This document shows positions 41,019 through 51,889 of a stretch of DNA of 64,000 nucleotides, piece by piece; the first letter of the stretch is position 1; each line of letters starts with the position of its first letter. Source of the DNA: an uncultured Candidatus Peribacteria bacterium (GTDB taxonomy: Bacteria; Patescibacteriota; Gracilibacteria; BD1-5; UBA2023). The notes under the pieces were generated by a model that was given only the letters and a program-made list of their open reading frames with translations, made no database searches and was not told the origin of the DNA. The stretch lies in assembly GCA_964540725.1 (NCBI GenBank), contig CAZINU010000004.1, positions 12,233 through 76,232 on the forward strand. Direction: 5' to 3'. The position numbers were made by a program, and so were the translations under genes.

Positions 41019-42830
41019 CTATCGGGAGCCCGTCGGCGTAGCGGGCGCCGGAACGGGCGCCGCCGGCGCGTTCGGCATCGTGGGCGGATTCGCGGGCGTC
41101 GAAGAAGCGGTCGGAACCGCCGGGACGGGAGTGCTCGCGGCCGTTCCCGTTCCGGAAAGAGGGACGACGGCCGCATCGGTAGAAACCGCCGCTTTTTTCG
41201 TCGGCCGGTTCGGTTTCTTGATGGGGGTGACGAAATACGAGGCATTGGATCCCTGGGTAGCCGGAGCGGTCGGTGCCGGTTCCTCGCGTACCGATTCCGT
41301 CGGGCTTCCGGATTCCGGAGCGCTCGTTTTTTCCATCGGGAAAAACGCGTATCCGAAGACGGCGAATACGCCGAGGGCGGACGCGACGGCCGGAATGAGG
41401 ATTTTTCGATTTCCGAACAGGTTTTTCATGCCTCCGGAACGGATGGACGAAAGTTTTTCGGCGACTGTCCGGACGTACGACGTTTCCAGTGCCCGTCCGA
41501 TCGATTCGGATTCGGACGGGGCGGCGGACGTTCCGTCGGCCGCCACGGTTTCGTGCGCGGGGTTTCGGACGTCGGCGGCATCGTTCGTCGTGGGCGCGGA
41601 TTCGGTGGTCGCCACGGTTTCGTCAGCGGCCGCCATTTCCGATTGCGTGCCCGTTTCTTGCGTGCCCGTTTCGGAATCGGTGAGGCCGGTCCGTTCCGTG
41701 AAACTTTCCGTCAATTCTTCCGTCGTCGGAAGTTCCGCAGCTTCCGAGGTTTCCTGGGCGGATTCCGTTTCCTTGACCGATTCCGTCGCGGCTTCCGCCG
41801 AAATGCCCGTCGGAACCGCGCTCTCCGGGGCGCCTACGGATTCGGCTTCGGCGGTTTTTACGGGCTTTACGACGTCCGTTTCGAATTCGAAATCCGAAAA
41901 AAGGTCGTTTTCGATTCCGAGATTCGGAAAAAAGGTCGTTTCCGGAGTGAGCTCGACGCTCGATACGCGGGTTGCCGAGGATGGTTCGTCTTCGGAATCG
42001 AACGTCGGTTTTTTCTTTTTCAACAGCGAGTTTATGTCGCCGTTGCCCTCGAGGATTTCCTTGGCGAGTTCCTCGGATTTCGATCCGAGGACTTCCGCTG
42101 CCTTGACGACCCCGATGCTGTCTTCCGGAGCCAATACGGCCGTGTCGGAAATTTCGGATTCCCCGTTCTCCGAACCCGGAAGTACGTCGGTCGGGACTTC
42201 CGCTGCCATGGGGATTTCCGGCGGCTGCTCGGAGGCGGTCGAAGGGGCGGCCGAATCTGACCGCGTGGGAATTTCCGGCTGAACGGCCGTTGCCGCCATG
42301 GGGGCGGCATATTGCGGCACGACGGTCGTTCCCGAAAATTGTCCGGGATTTTGGGCGGTTGGGGCCGGAATTCCGACCGGAACCGACGGAACCGGGCTTT
42401 GGAATGCGACGGCGTCTGCCGGACATGCCGGCATTATCGGTGCCTGAGCGGCCGGAGCCGTTTCGATTCGAACGGTTCCGCCCCCCAGGCGGATGAGGGG
42501 ACGGCGGGAAACGGGGGGTTCCGGCGTTTGAACGACGGGGGACGGGGGAACGGCGGAGGCGACTTGGACGGGAATCGCCGAAATCTGGGGGAGCGCCGCA
42601 GCCACGCCGGCATGCCCGGTCGGCACGGATGGGAACCCCGCCGCTTGCGGAACTGTCGGAACGGGGGACTGGAGCGTAGTCGGGACTGCCGGATGGGCAA
42701 TGGCGGCCGCCGAGGCGGGAACGGCCACGGACGGGGGAATTTCCGCCAACGACGGGCGCATCCCCTCGGAAATGGGGGCGACCGAACGGAGATCGGCGGC
42801 TTTCAGTGCGGAGAAATCGATCTTTGCCAT
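41019..42830 (-). CDS. Ala/Pro/Thr/Ser-rich low-complexity protein with one TM segment near the C-terminus
   Basis: 603-aa ORF, TAG stop. TM segment ILIPAVASALGVFAVFGYAFF. No recognisable domain. Confidence 0.55.
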   Translation of the reverse strand: MAKIDFSALKAADLRSVAPISEGMRPSLAEIPPSVAVPASAAAIAHPAVPTTLQSPVPTVPQAAGFPSVPTGHAGVAAALPQISAIPVQVASAVPPSPVVQTPEPPVSRRPLIRLGGGTVRIETAPAAQAPIMPACPADAVAFQSPVPSVPVGIPAPTAQNPGQFSGTTVVPQYAAPMAATAVQPEIPTRSDSAAPSTASEQPPEIPMAAEVPTDVLPGSENGESEISDTAVLAPEDSIGVVKAAEVLGSKSEELAKEILEGNGDINSLLKKKKPTFDSEDEPSSATRVSSVELTPETTFFPNLGIENDLFSDFEFETDVVKPVKTAEAESVGAPESAVPTGISAEAATESVKETESAQETSEAAELPTTEELTESFTERTGLTDSETGTQETGTQSEMAAADETVATTESAPTTNDAADVRNPAHETVAADGTSAAPSESESIGRALETSYVRTVAEKLSSIRSGGMKNLFGNRKILIPAVASALGVFAVFGYAFFPMEKTSAPESGSPTESVREEPAPTAPATQGSNASYFVTPIKKPNRPTKKAAVSTDAAVVPLSGTGTAASTPVPAVPTASSTPANPPTMPNAPAAPVPAPATPTGSR

Positions 42831-43048
42831 GGGGTGGGGAAAGAGGTTTCCCCCACGATATCCTATTTTTCCGGGAGCGTCAAAAACCGGAAAGCGGAAA
42901 ATCGGTCGCCGCGGCCAGGGGGCGGAAACGCGTTTCGCGATTGACTTCGACGGGTTTTCCGTATAATCGGGACGTTCTTAAGAAGGAACCGACCGCGTCG
43001 GTCCCTTTTTTGGTACCGGACTCCCCGGCCTATCCCTTCATTCCTCCC

Positions 43049-44851
43049 ATGGCATACCGCAATATCGCGATCATCGCGCACGTCGACCACGGAAAGACGA
43101 CCCTCGTCGACGCCCTTCTGAAGCAGACCGGAACTTTCCGGGAAAACGAAGCCGTCGACACCTGCGTCATGGACTCCAACGATCAGGAAAAAGAACGCGG
43201 CATCACCATCTACGCGAAAAATACCGCCGTTTCGTATAACGGAACCAAGATCAACATCGTCGACACCCCAGGCCACGCGGACTTCGGATCGGAAGTCGAA
43301 CGCGTTCTTCGCATGGTCGACTCCGTCGCCCTCGTCGTCGACGCGTACGAAGGGCCGATGCCCCAGACCAAATTCGTCCTGAAAAAGTCCCTCGAACTCG
43401 GTCTCAAGCCCATCGTCATCATCAATAAGATCGACAAACCCACGGCCCGTCCGGACGAGGTCGTCGACATGGTATTCGATCTCTTCGTTCAGCTCGGCGC
43501 CACCGACGAACAACTCGATTTCCCCATCGTCTACGCCATTGCCCGCGAAGGCGTCGCGTTGAAGCACTTGGGCGACGAAAAGAAGGATATTTCCCCCCTC
43601 TTCGAGACCATCCTCGAAAAGGTTGCCGAGGCTCCGAACGACGTTTCGAAACCGTTCCGCATGCAAATCGCGAATCTCGCCTACGATAACTACCTCGGCC
43701 GTCTCGGTATCGGCCGCGTATACGAAGGCGTCGCCAAGGTCGGGGCAACCGTTACCATCATTGGGAACGACGGCGTCCGCCGACAGGGCAAGATTTCCAA
43801 AATCTTCACGTCGCTCGGGTTGAAGCGGGTCGAAGTCCAAGAAGGCGAGGCCGGCGATATCGTTACCATCGCGGGAATTCCGGATATCTACGTCGGCGAA
43901 ACCGTAACGACCAATGCCGACGCCGAGCCCATGCCGGCCATCCACATCGACGAACCGACGCTCGAAATGCAATTCCTCGTCAACGATTCGCCGTTCGCCG
44001 GAAAGGAAGGAAAATACGTCACGTCCCGCAATATCCGTGAACGCCTCGAGCGCGAAGCCGAAGCGAACGTCGGCCTGAAAATCGACTTCGAAGGATCGGA
44101 CGGCAATTCCTATACCGTCGCCGGTCGCGGAGAACTCCACCTCTCCGTTCTCATCGAATCGATGCGCCGCGAAGGCTTCGAACTCCAGGTCGGTTCCCCG
44201 AAGGTCATCTTCCATATGGAAGGAGGAAAGAAGATGGAACCGATCGAATCGGTCGTCGTTTTCGTTCCCGAAGATTGCTCCGGTACCATTATCGAGAAGC
44301 TCGGAAAACGGAAGGGCATCATTAAGAACATGTCCACCGAAAACGGCGTTACGAACCTCGAGTTCGAGGTTCCCACCCGCGGACTCCTCGGATTCCGTTC
44401 GATTTTCACCATCGAGACCAAGGGCGAAGGCATCATGTATTCGTCGTTCTCCCATTACGAAGAATACAAGGGCCCCATCGAAAAGCGCGATATCGGCTCG
44501 ATGATTTCCGGATTCGGCGGCACGACCATGGCGTATTCGCTCTGGAAGCTCGAAGAACGCGGCCCCATTCTCGTGGAACCCGCGACCGAAGTCTACGAGG
44601 GCATGATTATCGGCGAACATCTCAAGGGGGGCGACCTCGTCGTCAATCCCACGAAGAACAAGCAGCTCACGAACATGCGCGCCTCGGGCGCCGACGAGGC
44701 TATCCGCCTTACGCCCATCCGCAAGATGACGCTCGAGGACTGTCTCGACTATATCGCCGACGACGAATACGTCGAAGTGACGCCGCTCTCGCTCCGCCTT
44801 CGAAAGAAATACCTGACCGAAAACGAACGGAAGAAACAGACGAAGGGGTAA
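43049..44851 (+). CDS. typA: Translational GTPase TypA/BipA
   Basis: [39 protein letters not shown] stop. Confidence 0.95.
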   Translation: MAYRNIAIIAHVDHGKTTLVDALLKQTGTFRENEAVDTCVMDSNDQEKERGITIYAKNTAVSYNGTKINIVDTPGHADFGSEVERVLRMVDSVALVVDAYEGPMPQTKFVLKKSLELGLKPIVIINKIDKPTARPDEVVDMVFDLFVQLGATDEQLDFPIVYAIAREGVALKHLGDEKKDISPLFETILEKVAEAPNDVSKPFRMQIANLAYDNYLGRLGIGRVYEGVAKVGATVTIIGNDGVRRQGKISKIFTSLGLKRVEVQEGEAGDIVTIAGIPDIYVGETVTTNADAEPMPAIHIDEPTLEMQFLVNDSPFAGKEGKYVTSRNIRERLEREAEANVGLKIDFEGSDGNSYTVAGRGELHLSVLIESMRREGFELQVGSPKVIFHMEGGKKMEPIESVVVFVPEDCSGTIIEKLGKRKGIIKNMSTENGVTNLEFEVPTRGLLGFRSIFTIETKGEGIMYSSFSHYEEYKGPIEKRDIGSMISGFGGTTMAYSLWKLEERGPILVEPATEVYEGMIIGEHLKGGDLVVNPTKNKQLTNMRASGADEAIRLTPIRKMTLEDCLDYIADDEYVEVTPLSLRLRKKYLTENERKKQTKG

Positions 44852-44880
44852 TGTCTTGCCTTTTGAGTTAAATCCCGTAT

Positions 44881-44920
44881 CGTACGGTTTCGACCCGCGG
44901 GCCGAAACCGTACGTTTTTT
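44881..44920 (+). terminator. Intrinsic terminator
   Basis: cgtacggtttcg-(acccgcgggc)-cgaaaccgtacg followed by a T6 run. Confidence 0.65.
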
Positions 44921-44989
44921 GTTCCCGACATGGAAAATTTTTACTGATCGGAAGGCAATTGGCCTTCCGGGAATCCCCGCGTTTCCCGT

Positions 44990-45388
44990 TTGCAAAAGAT
45001 CCCGCTCACCGGAAACGAGGAAATCGACCGCCAACATGCGGGTCTTTTGGACGCGCTCGAGCGTTTGGAGGGGTGGATCGGCACCTCCATGGAAGTGTCG
45101 GCCGTTTTCACCGCGCTCGAATACCTGCGCGATTACGCCGCGCGGCATTTCGAGTACGAGGAGGAAGTGCTCCGAAAGGCCGGATATCCCGATTTGGAAT
45201 CCCACTCGTCGGACCATCGGATCATCACCGAACGCGTGGCCGAACTGACCGCGAACATCATCGACGGGGAAGAAGTTACCCGAGAGGTGCTCGATACGAT
45301 GAGGGATCTCCTTGTCCGGCATATCGGAGAGGACGATCAGAAATTCGCCGAGTTCGTCCATTCGAAATCCCCGGTTTCCGCATCGTAG
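44990..45388 (+). CDS. Hemerythrin-like metal-binding protein
   Basis: The His/Glu/Asp ligand pattern (DRQH, HFEYEE, HSSDH, HIGEDD) is typical of bacteriohemerythrin. TTG start. TAG stop. Confidence 0.8.
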   Translation: MQKIPLTGNEEIDRQHAGLLDALERLEGWIGTSMEVSAVFTALEYLRDYAARHFEYEEEVLRKAGYPDLESHSSDHRIITERVAELTANIIDGEEVTREVLDTMRDLLVRHIGEDDQKFAEFVHSKSPVSAS

Positions 45389-45481
45389 CGGGGGAGTCGA
45401 AACGGGAGGTTGATTTTCTTCCGTTTCGGAGTACTTTCGATGGCGAGCGCTCCGCGCACCCTACCTTTTCTTTTTTCAAGC

Positions 45482-45799
45482 ATGGCAAATCTCAAGATCA
45501 TTACCGACGCTTCCTTCCAGGCCGACATCGCCTCCGGTCTCACGCTCATCGACTTTTGGGCCGAATGGTGCGGTCCCTGCCGCATGATGCTCCCGCGTCT
45601 CGAAGAGCTCGCGGCTCGCGTCGAAGGCAAGGCCGTCGTCGCGAAGATGGACGTCGACGCGAACCCCCAGGTTCCCGGAATGTTCCGCATCATGTCGATT
45701 CCGACCATGATCCTCTTCAAAGACGGACAACCCGTCGACAAGGCCGTCGGCGTCCAAGAGGTCGACGCGCTCGTCGCCATGATCGAACGGCACGCGTAA
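45482..45799 (+). CDS. trxA: Thioredoxin
   Basis: FWAEWCGPCRM active site. TAA stop. Confidence 0.9.
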   Translation: MANLKIITDASFQADIASGLTLIDFWAEWCGPCRMMLPRLEELAARVEGKAVVAKMDVDANPQVPGMFRIMSIPTMILFKDGQPVDKAVGVQEVDALVAMIERHA

Positions 45800-45814
45800 T
45801 TTTTTTGACATTCT

Positions 45815-45847
45815 ATCCGCAGGATGGTACCATCCTGCGGATTTTTT
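45815..45847 (+). terminator. Intrinsic terminator
   Basis: atccgcaggatgg-ta-ccatcctgcggat perfect hairpin followed by a T6 run, directly after trxA. Confidence 0.65.
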
Positions 45848-45859
45848 CTTTCCTCCCAT

Positions 45860-47821
45860 ATGCCCCACTCCCAACGCCCCGCTTCCCCGGAAACCCTTTC
45901 CGGAATCTCCTCTTCCGCCTCCTCCCGCGCCCTCGCCGCCCTCCGCGCCACCCGCTCCCGCGCGTTCCGTGGCTTCACCCTCGTGGAACTCATCGTCGTC
46001 ATCACGATCCTCGCCATCCTCGCCACCATCGGTTTCCTCGCCCTCTCCGGGTACACCTCGGACGCGGGCAGGTCCTCCGTCCTCTCCAACCTCCGCACGG
46101 TGGAGAAGGGCCTTTCCGTCACCGCGACCACCGCCGGCTCCTTCCCGGCCCCGACGGGCGGCGTTCCCGTGACCTTCTCCGGCGGCACCGCCTGGGTCCA
46201 GTGAACGGCCGGAAAAACCGTCATGGCGGAAATATGAATGGACGAACCCCCGAAGGACCCCGCGGGGAACGCCGAGTTCGAATACTCCGTCACCGCCAAC
46301 GGTCTCGAGTTCCAGGTTGGCTCCGCGTACCTCGCGGGAACGGCGCACGCCCCGGCCCCCGGAATCCCCTCCGCCCTCGCCGCGGACTCCGTCCCCGTCC
46401 CCAAGGCCGCCGTCTCCGGCAACTACAACGGCCTCTTCGTCCCCGTGAACGCCGGCGGGACGAACTTCCTGGTCCCCGCCCCGTCCATAATCCTCTCCGA
46501 CCTCTCCGTCCCCGAGCTGAAGTCCGCCCCCGCCTCCGGCCCCTCCTTCGTGGCCGACGGCCTCCCGGGAACCCCGGCCTCCTGGTCCGGGAAGGTCGCG
46601 GGCCTTTCCCAGACGGGAATCGCCTTCCCCGCGGCCAAAACCGCCGCCTACTCCTCCGCGACCGAAGCCTTCCCGGCGACGTCGACCGGCGTCGCCGCCC
46701 TCGCGGAAACCCTCGCGCAGGCGTACTCCGGCACGAGCCTCGCCGCCCTCCCGAAGGTTTCCGCGGTCGTGAAAGCCTCCGCCGCCGGCGATTCCTCCGG
46801 CCTCGCTTCCGCCGTCGCGGGGGCCGGGGTCTCCTCCCTCGGGCGGAACCTCGCCCCGGCGGTCGCCGCCCTCGCGGGCGACGTCCCCGCCGCCGGCTCC
46901 TCCGGCGGAAGCTCGGGAACGCCCGCGACGCCCGTCGACGGCGCGTGCGGGACTCCGAACGGCCAGACGCTCGTTTCCGCCCCCTCCGAAAACCTCTGTT
47001 CTCCCGGAACCCCCTCGGCCGTCGCCGACGGAGCCTCGTGGACGTGGTCCTGCGCCGGGACGGACGGCGGGGCGACTGCGAGCTGTTCGGCGGCGAAGCC
47101 GGCCGCGACGATCATCGGAAACGACGATTCCGGAAGGGGTTGGTCCGACGGGGCCTACGCCGTTTCGTGTTCCGGCTACCTGAACGCCCCGGCGGGATAT
47201 TCGTACTCCGGGTCTACTGGCAACGGCGTATACCAAATCGATCCGGACGGAGCGGGGGGATTCGCCGCCTTCAAGGCGTACTGTGACATGACGACGGACG
47301 GAGGGGGGTGGACCCGCTTTGTTAAATATCGGGATTCAATCGACCGCTCCTCGGTATGCGTAGCGAAATCCACCGCCGTTTCGTGTTCAGGGTACAAAAT
47401 CGGTTTGAACGGTGAATATTCGGAAATCCTGTTGAACGGTTGCGTCGATGGTGCGAAGACCACTATCCTTGTCGATATTCCACAAGTCATCAAGGACGCT
47501 TGGGTATCGTACGAAGGCGTTGACGGCGTCACTCCCGGAAGCGGGGCGTTCCGTTCGTGCGGCTCGACCGTTTCCAGAAAAGAGGGCGGAACTTGGCATT
47601 ATGGACACGAGCGCAATCCCTCCGCAACAGAATTCGAAACCCTGCACTTCGCCTCTAGCTGTATTAATTCGTGAATAGATTCCTGGTCGTATGCGAAATG
47701 GGGTGCTATCGATGCTGGCAATTCCGATCGAAGTTATTGGGGGACGGTTAACGGAACCGACCACTCTCGGTCATGAGGCGATACGTATTACGATGATTGG
47801 ATTTGCGCTTACGTTCGGTAG
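45860..47821 (+). CDS. Type IV pilin-like protein with a C-terminal fibrinogen-related (FReD-like) globular domain
   Basis: Prepilin signature RG-FTLVELIVVITILAILA. Fragments are joined by TGA at 46202, 46235, 47672 and 47774. Cys-rich module ACGTPNG...LCSPG...WTWSCAGTDGGATASC. FReD-like GVYQIDPDGAGGFAAFKAYCDMTTDGGGWTRF. TAG stop at 47819-47821. Confidence 0.75.
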
Positions 47822-47862
47822 TTGTCAAAAAATCGGTCGCTCACGGCGGTTTTCCGCATTCA

Positions 47863-47906
47863 AACGCCCCGTTCCGGAGATATCTCCGGAACGGGGCGTT
47901 TTTTTC
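47863..47906 (+). terminator. Intrinsic terminator
   Basis: aacgccccgttccggaga-ta-tctccggaacggggcgtt (18-bp stem) followed by a T-run. Confidence 0.7.
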
Positions 47907-47952
47907 TTGACTTCGTTCCCCGTTTTCATAATCTACCTACCGTTCGGTAGGT
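47907..47952 (+). promoter_or_regulatory. Promoter candidate plus 18-bp palindrome (candidate TetR operator)
   Basis: TTGACT (47907-12), 16-nt spacer, TAATCT (47929-34). Immediately followed by ACCTACCG-TT-CGGTAGGT (47935-47952), about 90 nt upstream of the RND gene. Confidence 0.4.
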
Positions 47953-48044
47953 TTACGATGCATGGGAAACGGGGAACGGAAGAACCGTCCGGCTGACCCA
48001 TTGGGGAATTCCCGCTTGCCGACCGGATCATAACCGCCCGATGC

Positions 48045-51000
48045 ATGCTCGAACGCTTCGCGAAATACTTTCTCGACAACCGAAAAATCACGCTCGTCGT
48101 CATTACGGCGATTTCGTTTTTCGGAATCCTCTCGTACGCCCTCCTTCCGAAACAGTACAACCCCTCCATCGTTGCTCCCGCGTTCGAAATCACGGTACCG
48201 GTACGCGGGTATTCCAGTGCCGACGCCGGCCGTTTCGTCGTCCGCGAAATCGAGAACCGCATGGCCGAGTTGCCGAGCATGGATACGGTGTACGGGTACG
48301 CGGGCGACGAGTTCGCGTCGGTCATGGTGAGTTTCGAGGTGGGAACCGACGCCGAAGCCGCGAAAACCCGGGTGTACGACAAACTCGCGTCGGACTATTC
48401 GTTCCGCCCGTTCGGCGTCGAATCCTTCTCGGTACGTTCCATCGATCCGGAAGAACTGCCCCAGGTTTCCTTCGCCGTCCGGTACGCGGGCGCGACGCTT
48501 TCCGAAAAGGAAGCCGGCATCTACGTGCGGGCGGTTGCGAACCTCTTGAAAGACCGCGTAAAATCGGTACCGGATTCCGCCGGACTCGACCTCGTGGGCG
48601 GGTATTCGAACGTCGTCTCGGTCGAGCTCCATCCGGAGCGGCTTCGGGCCTACGCTCTCACGCCCGATTCGGTCGTCGGGGCGCTCAGGTCCGCGGCCGG
48701 GTACCGCGCGGTAGGGACGCTCGAGGACGGAACGCGGAAAACGGTGGTCGCCCTCGACGGCGGAACCGAAACGCCCGAATCGGTCGCGGCCGCCGTCGTG
48801 GGAAACCGCGGCGGTGCCGACGTCTTCCTTCGCGACGTTGCCACGATTTCCCGAGGACCGTCGGATCCGGCTTCGTATTCGTTCGTCCTTTCGAAAACTT
48901 CGACCGGCATCCTCGAAGACGATCCGGCCGCGTTTCTCGGTGTCGCCAAGGTAAAGGGGAGCAACGCCGTCACGGTCGTCGACGGCGTCCTTGAAGCGGT
49001 CGAGCGGTTCCGAAAGGAACTTCCGTCCGACGTTCGTCTCGACGTGGTCCAGAACGAAGGCGAAACGGCCCGCGAAGCGACGAACGAGCTCCTCTTCCAC
49101 CTGTTCCTTTCCATCGGCATCGTCTTCGTCGTGCTCGTGCTGTTTTTGGGATTGAAGAATGCCGCGAACGCCGCGTTCTGCATCCCCATGGTTTTGGGCA
49201 TCGTCTTCGTCGTAGCCTTGATCGCGGGGCTCGACATCAACCGCATTACGCTTTTCGCGCTCATCCTTTCGCTCGGCATTCTCGTCGACGATTCCATCGT
49301 CGTCGTCGAAAACAACGCCCGGCACCTCGCGGAGCGGAAGAAACGCGGCGTCACCAAGAAGGAGGCCATCCTCGCGTCCGTTCGGGAAGTCGGCGTATCC
49401 ATCGTGCTTTCCACCGTTACCCGCATCGCGTCGTTTCTCGCCATGTTCGCCGTAACCGGCATGATGGGCGACTACATGAAGCCCATCCCCGTGTTCGCGG
49501 CTATCGCGCTCACCGCGTCGCTCTTCGTCGCGTTCAGCATCAATCCGTTCCTCGCCCACGTCTTCAGCAAGCACGAAGGCGGCCACCACGAAGAGGTCGA
49601 AACGCCCCTCCTTTCGCACTACGCCCGCCTCCTTTCCAAATTCGTCGGCGAAGGCGAACGGGAGACTCGGCGCCGCCGATGGCTGAAGCCGGCGTTCTGG
49701 ATATCGCTCGCCCTCGTCGTGGTCCTTCCCGTCGCGACCGACGTCTTCCGGGCCCGCATGCTCCCGAAAGCCGACAAGAACCAAGTCTACCTTTGGATCG
49801 ACCTCCCCCGGGACCGGACGGCTGCCGAAAGCGCCCGGGCCGCCAAGCTCGCGGGCGAGATGCTCCTCGACGCCGCGGGAAAATTGCCCGCGGAACTCCG
49901 CATTGCCGAATCGGTTTCGGCCGTCGCGGGCGAAGCGTTCCTTCCCGACTTCGCGAACCTCTTCCGCGGTGCCGAAAATCGGAAAGGAACGCATCAGTCG
50001 AGCCTTCGCGTCAACCTCGTTCCGGCACACGACCGCGGCCTTTCTTCGGAACGGTACGTCATTGCCGTCCGTCCGATCCTGCGCGAGGCCGTGCTCGCGG
50101 AATTTCCCGACGCCACCGTCCGCCTTCTCGAAGACCCGCCGGGTCCTCCGACCATGGCGACCCTCCACCTGAAAATCAAGGGGCAGGAGGGGCTCCCGCT
50201 CGACGGGCTGACGAAGTTCGCCGAAGCGGTCGCGGGCGTCGTCCGGGGGCTCGACCCCTCCGAGGGGGTCGTCGATCTCGCGGATACGTTTTCCCGGACG
50301 CTCCCGAAACTCCGCGTGAAGTTCGACCACGAACGGGCGTCGGACCGGAACGTCGACGTCGCCGCCGCCGAAGCGGCCCTCGCCGCCGCCCTTTCCGATT
50401 CGAAGATCGGCACCCTGCGGAGCGACGGATCGTCCCCCGAAGCCGAGGAAATCGTCGTATCGGTTCCGAAGAAATTCCGCGGAGATCCGTCGTACGTCCG
50501 TGCCGTTACCGTTTCGAACCGGATGGGGGAGCCCGTTCGGTTGGACGAAATCGCTTCCTTCGAGGCCGATTTCTCGGGACGCGACCGCAACACCGAGAAC
50601 CGTTCCGAAACCGTCCACCTGTACGCCGAAATCGGCGACAATTCCGTCGTATACCCCGTTCTGACGCTCTATTCGAAGTTCGACGACGGCGCGCTCGAAG
50701 CCGCCGGGTATCGAAAAATCTCGGCCACGCCCTACGGGATACGGTTCGTCGGATTGTCCGACGGAAAGGAGTACCGCGTCGAGTGGGGAGGGGAATGGGA
50801 ACTGACGATGGACACGTTCCGCGACATGGGACTCGCCATGGTCCTCTCGCTCCTCTTCATCTACTTCCTCGTCGTCGCCGAATTCAAGAGCTTCCGGGCG
50901 GGCGGCATCGTCATGATGACGTTCCTCTTCTCGTTTTTCGGCATTTTCCCCGGATTTTCCCTCTTGAACGCGATCGACGGCACGTACTTCACCGCGACGG

Positions 51001-51338
51001 CCATGATCGGCGCCATCGCGCTCGGCGGCATCGTCGTGGGAAACGCCATCATCCTTCTGGACTACGTAACGCAGCTCATCGAATCGGGCATTCCGCTCGA
51101 ACGCGCCGTCGTCGAGGGGTCCAAGAAACGCGTCGTTCCGGTGCTGCTCACGAGCGTGGCGGCCGTTCTCGGATCCATTATCATCGCGGCCGACCCGGTT
51201 TGGAGCGGGCTCGCGTGGGCCATCGCTTTCGGGCTTTCCGCGAGCGCGGCGCTGACGCTCTTCCTCGTCCCCGTCTTCTTCTACGACCTGAAGCTCCGGC
51301 ATCCGCACCACGATCCCCACGCTTCGAACGACCATTAA
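48045..51338 (+). CDS. RND (AcrB/AcrD/AcrF family) efflux transporter
   Basis: 1097 aa with 12-TM architecture, two large loops and an N-terminus typical of the family. TAA stop. No in-frame TGA. Confidence 0.9.
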   Translation: MLERFAKYFLDNRKITLVVITAISFFGILSYALLPKQYNPSIVAPAFEITVPVRGYSSADAGRFVVREIENRMAELPSMDTVYGYAGDEFASVMVSFEVGTDAEAAKTRVYDKLASDYSFRPFGVESFSVRSIDPEELPQVSFAVRYAGATLSEKEAGIYVRAVANLLKDRVKSVPDSAGLDLVGGYSNVVSVELHPERLRAYALTPDSVVGALRSAAGYRAVGTLEDGTRKTVVALDGGTETPESVAAAVVGNRGGADVFLRDVATISRGPSDPASYSFVLSKTSTGILEDDPAAFLGVAKVKGSNAVTVVDGVLEAVERFRKELPSDVRLDVVQNEGETAREATNELLFHLFLSIGIVFVVLVLFLGLKNAANAAFCIPMVLGIVFVVALIAGLDINRITLFALILSLGILVDDSIVVVENNARHLAERKKRGVTKKEAILASVREVGVSIVLSTVTRIASFLAMFAVTGMMGDYMKPIPVFAAIALTASLFVAFSINPFLAHVFSKHEGGHHEEVETPLLSHYARLLSKFVGEGERETRRRRWLKPAFWISLALVVVLPVATDVFRARMLPKADKNQVYLWIDLPRDRTAAESARAAKLAGEMLLDAAGKLPAELRIAESVSAVAGEAFLPDFANLFRGAENRKGTHQSSLRVNLVPAHDRGLSSERYVIAVRPILREAVLAEFPDATVRLLEDPPGPPTMATLHLKIKGQEGLPLDGLTKFAEAVAGVVRGLDPSEGVVDLADTFSRTLPKLRVKFDHERASDRNVDVAAAEAALAAALSDSKIGTLRSDGSSPEAEEIVVSVPKKFRGDPSYVRAVTVSNRMGEPVRLDEIASFEADFSGRDRNTENRSETVHLYAEIGDNSVVYPVLTLYSKFDDGALEAAGYRKISATPYGIRFVGLSDGKEYRVEWGGEWELTMDTFRDMGLAMVLSLLFIYFLVVAEFKSFRAGGIVMMTFLFSFFGIFPGFSLLNAIDGTYFTATAMIGAIALGGIVVGNAIILLDYVTQLIESGIPLERAVVEGSKKRVVPVLLTSVAAVLGSIIIAADPVWSGLAWAIAFGLSASAALTLFLVPVFFYDLKLRHPHHDPHASNDH

Positions 51339-51350
51339 CTCCCTTTTCCC

Positions 51351-51878
51351 ATGTCCGCAAAATCCGAACTCCTTCCCCGAATCGAATCCCTCTTTTTCGA
51401 GCGGACGTTTTCCGAACTCGGCATGGAGGAAATCGCGCGGGAACTCGGCATGAAGAAAGCGTCCCTCTACTACCATTTTCCTTCTAAGGAGGCGATGATC
51501 CTCGAGACGCTTTCCGCGAGCTTCGAACGCTACCGCGAATTCTTCCTTTCCGTGCTGGAAAAAGATCCGGAATCCCTCGTCCGCGAGACCGTCGAGTATT
51601 CCTCGGCGCGCCGGAACCTTTTCTCGGTCATTTTCTCGAAGGGCAGTTGCCGGTCGGAAGAAATTCGCGAAAAAGTACGGGCCGACATGGAATCGCTCCA
51701 TGCCGAATGCCATGCCCGGTTCGCTTCGAGGTTCGGATGGAACCGCGAACGCACCGCGCTCTTCCTTTCGCTTCTCGAATGCCTGTCCGAGCGCCGATGC
51801 GCGGAATCCTGCCGGGATCCCCTCGACGCCGCGACCGTCGCCGAAATCGTCCGCTGCTTCTTCCCGTCCGCCCGATAA
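51351..51878 (+). CDS. TetR/AcrR family transcriptional regulator
   Basis: HTH ELGMEEIARELGMKKASLYYHFPSKEAM. TAA stop. Confidence 0.9.
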   Translation: MSAKSELLPRIESLFFERTFSELGMEEIARELGMKKASLYYHFPSKEAMILETLSASFERYREFFLSVLEKDPESLVRETVEYSSARRNLFSVIFSKGSCRSEEIREKVRADMESLHAECHARFASRFGWNRERTALFLSLLECLSERRCAESCRDPLDAATVAEIVRCFFPSAR

Positions 51879-51889
51879 TCCCCGTTCCC

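Noticed and set aside
45824-45859. Upstream ATG (45824) as the start of the pilin-like gene
   Set aside because: It lies inside the perfect trxA terminator hairpin (45815-45841). ATG 45860, just after the T-run, is more plausible, though the leader is still long for a prepilin.
47937-51713. 1,258-aa minus-strand ORF opposite the RND pump. Similar long shadow ORFs occur at 1941..3833, 5948..7972, 19676..21364, 24079..25713, 28739..31486, 42863..45361, 45476..47236 and 51530..53848 (all minus), and at 12826..15354 and 44959..47286 (plus, off-frame)
   Set aside because: All are low-complexity Arg/Gly/Pro-rich translations. Each overlaps a frame with clear family signatures (AcrB, Der, FtsH, GalU, TrmD/FKBP, TypA and others). 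They are compositional artefacts.
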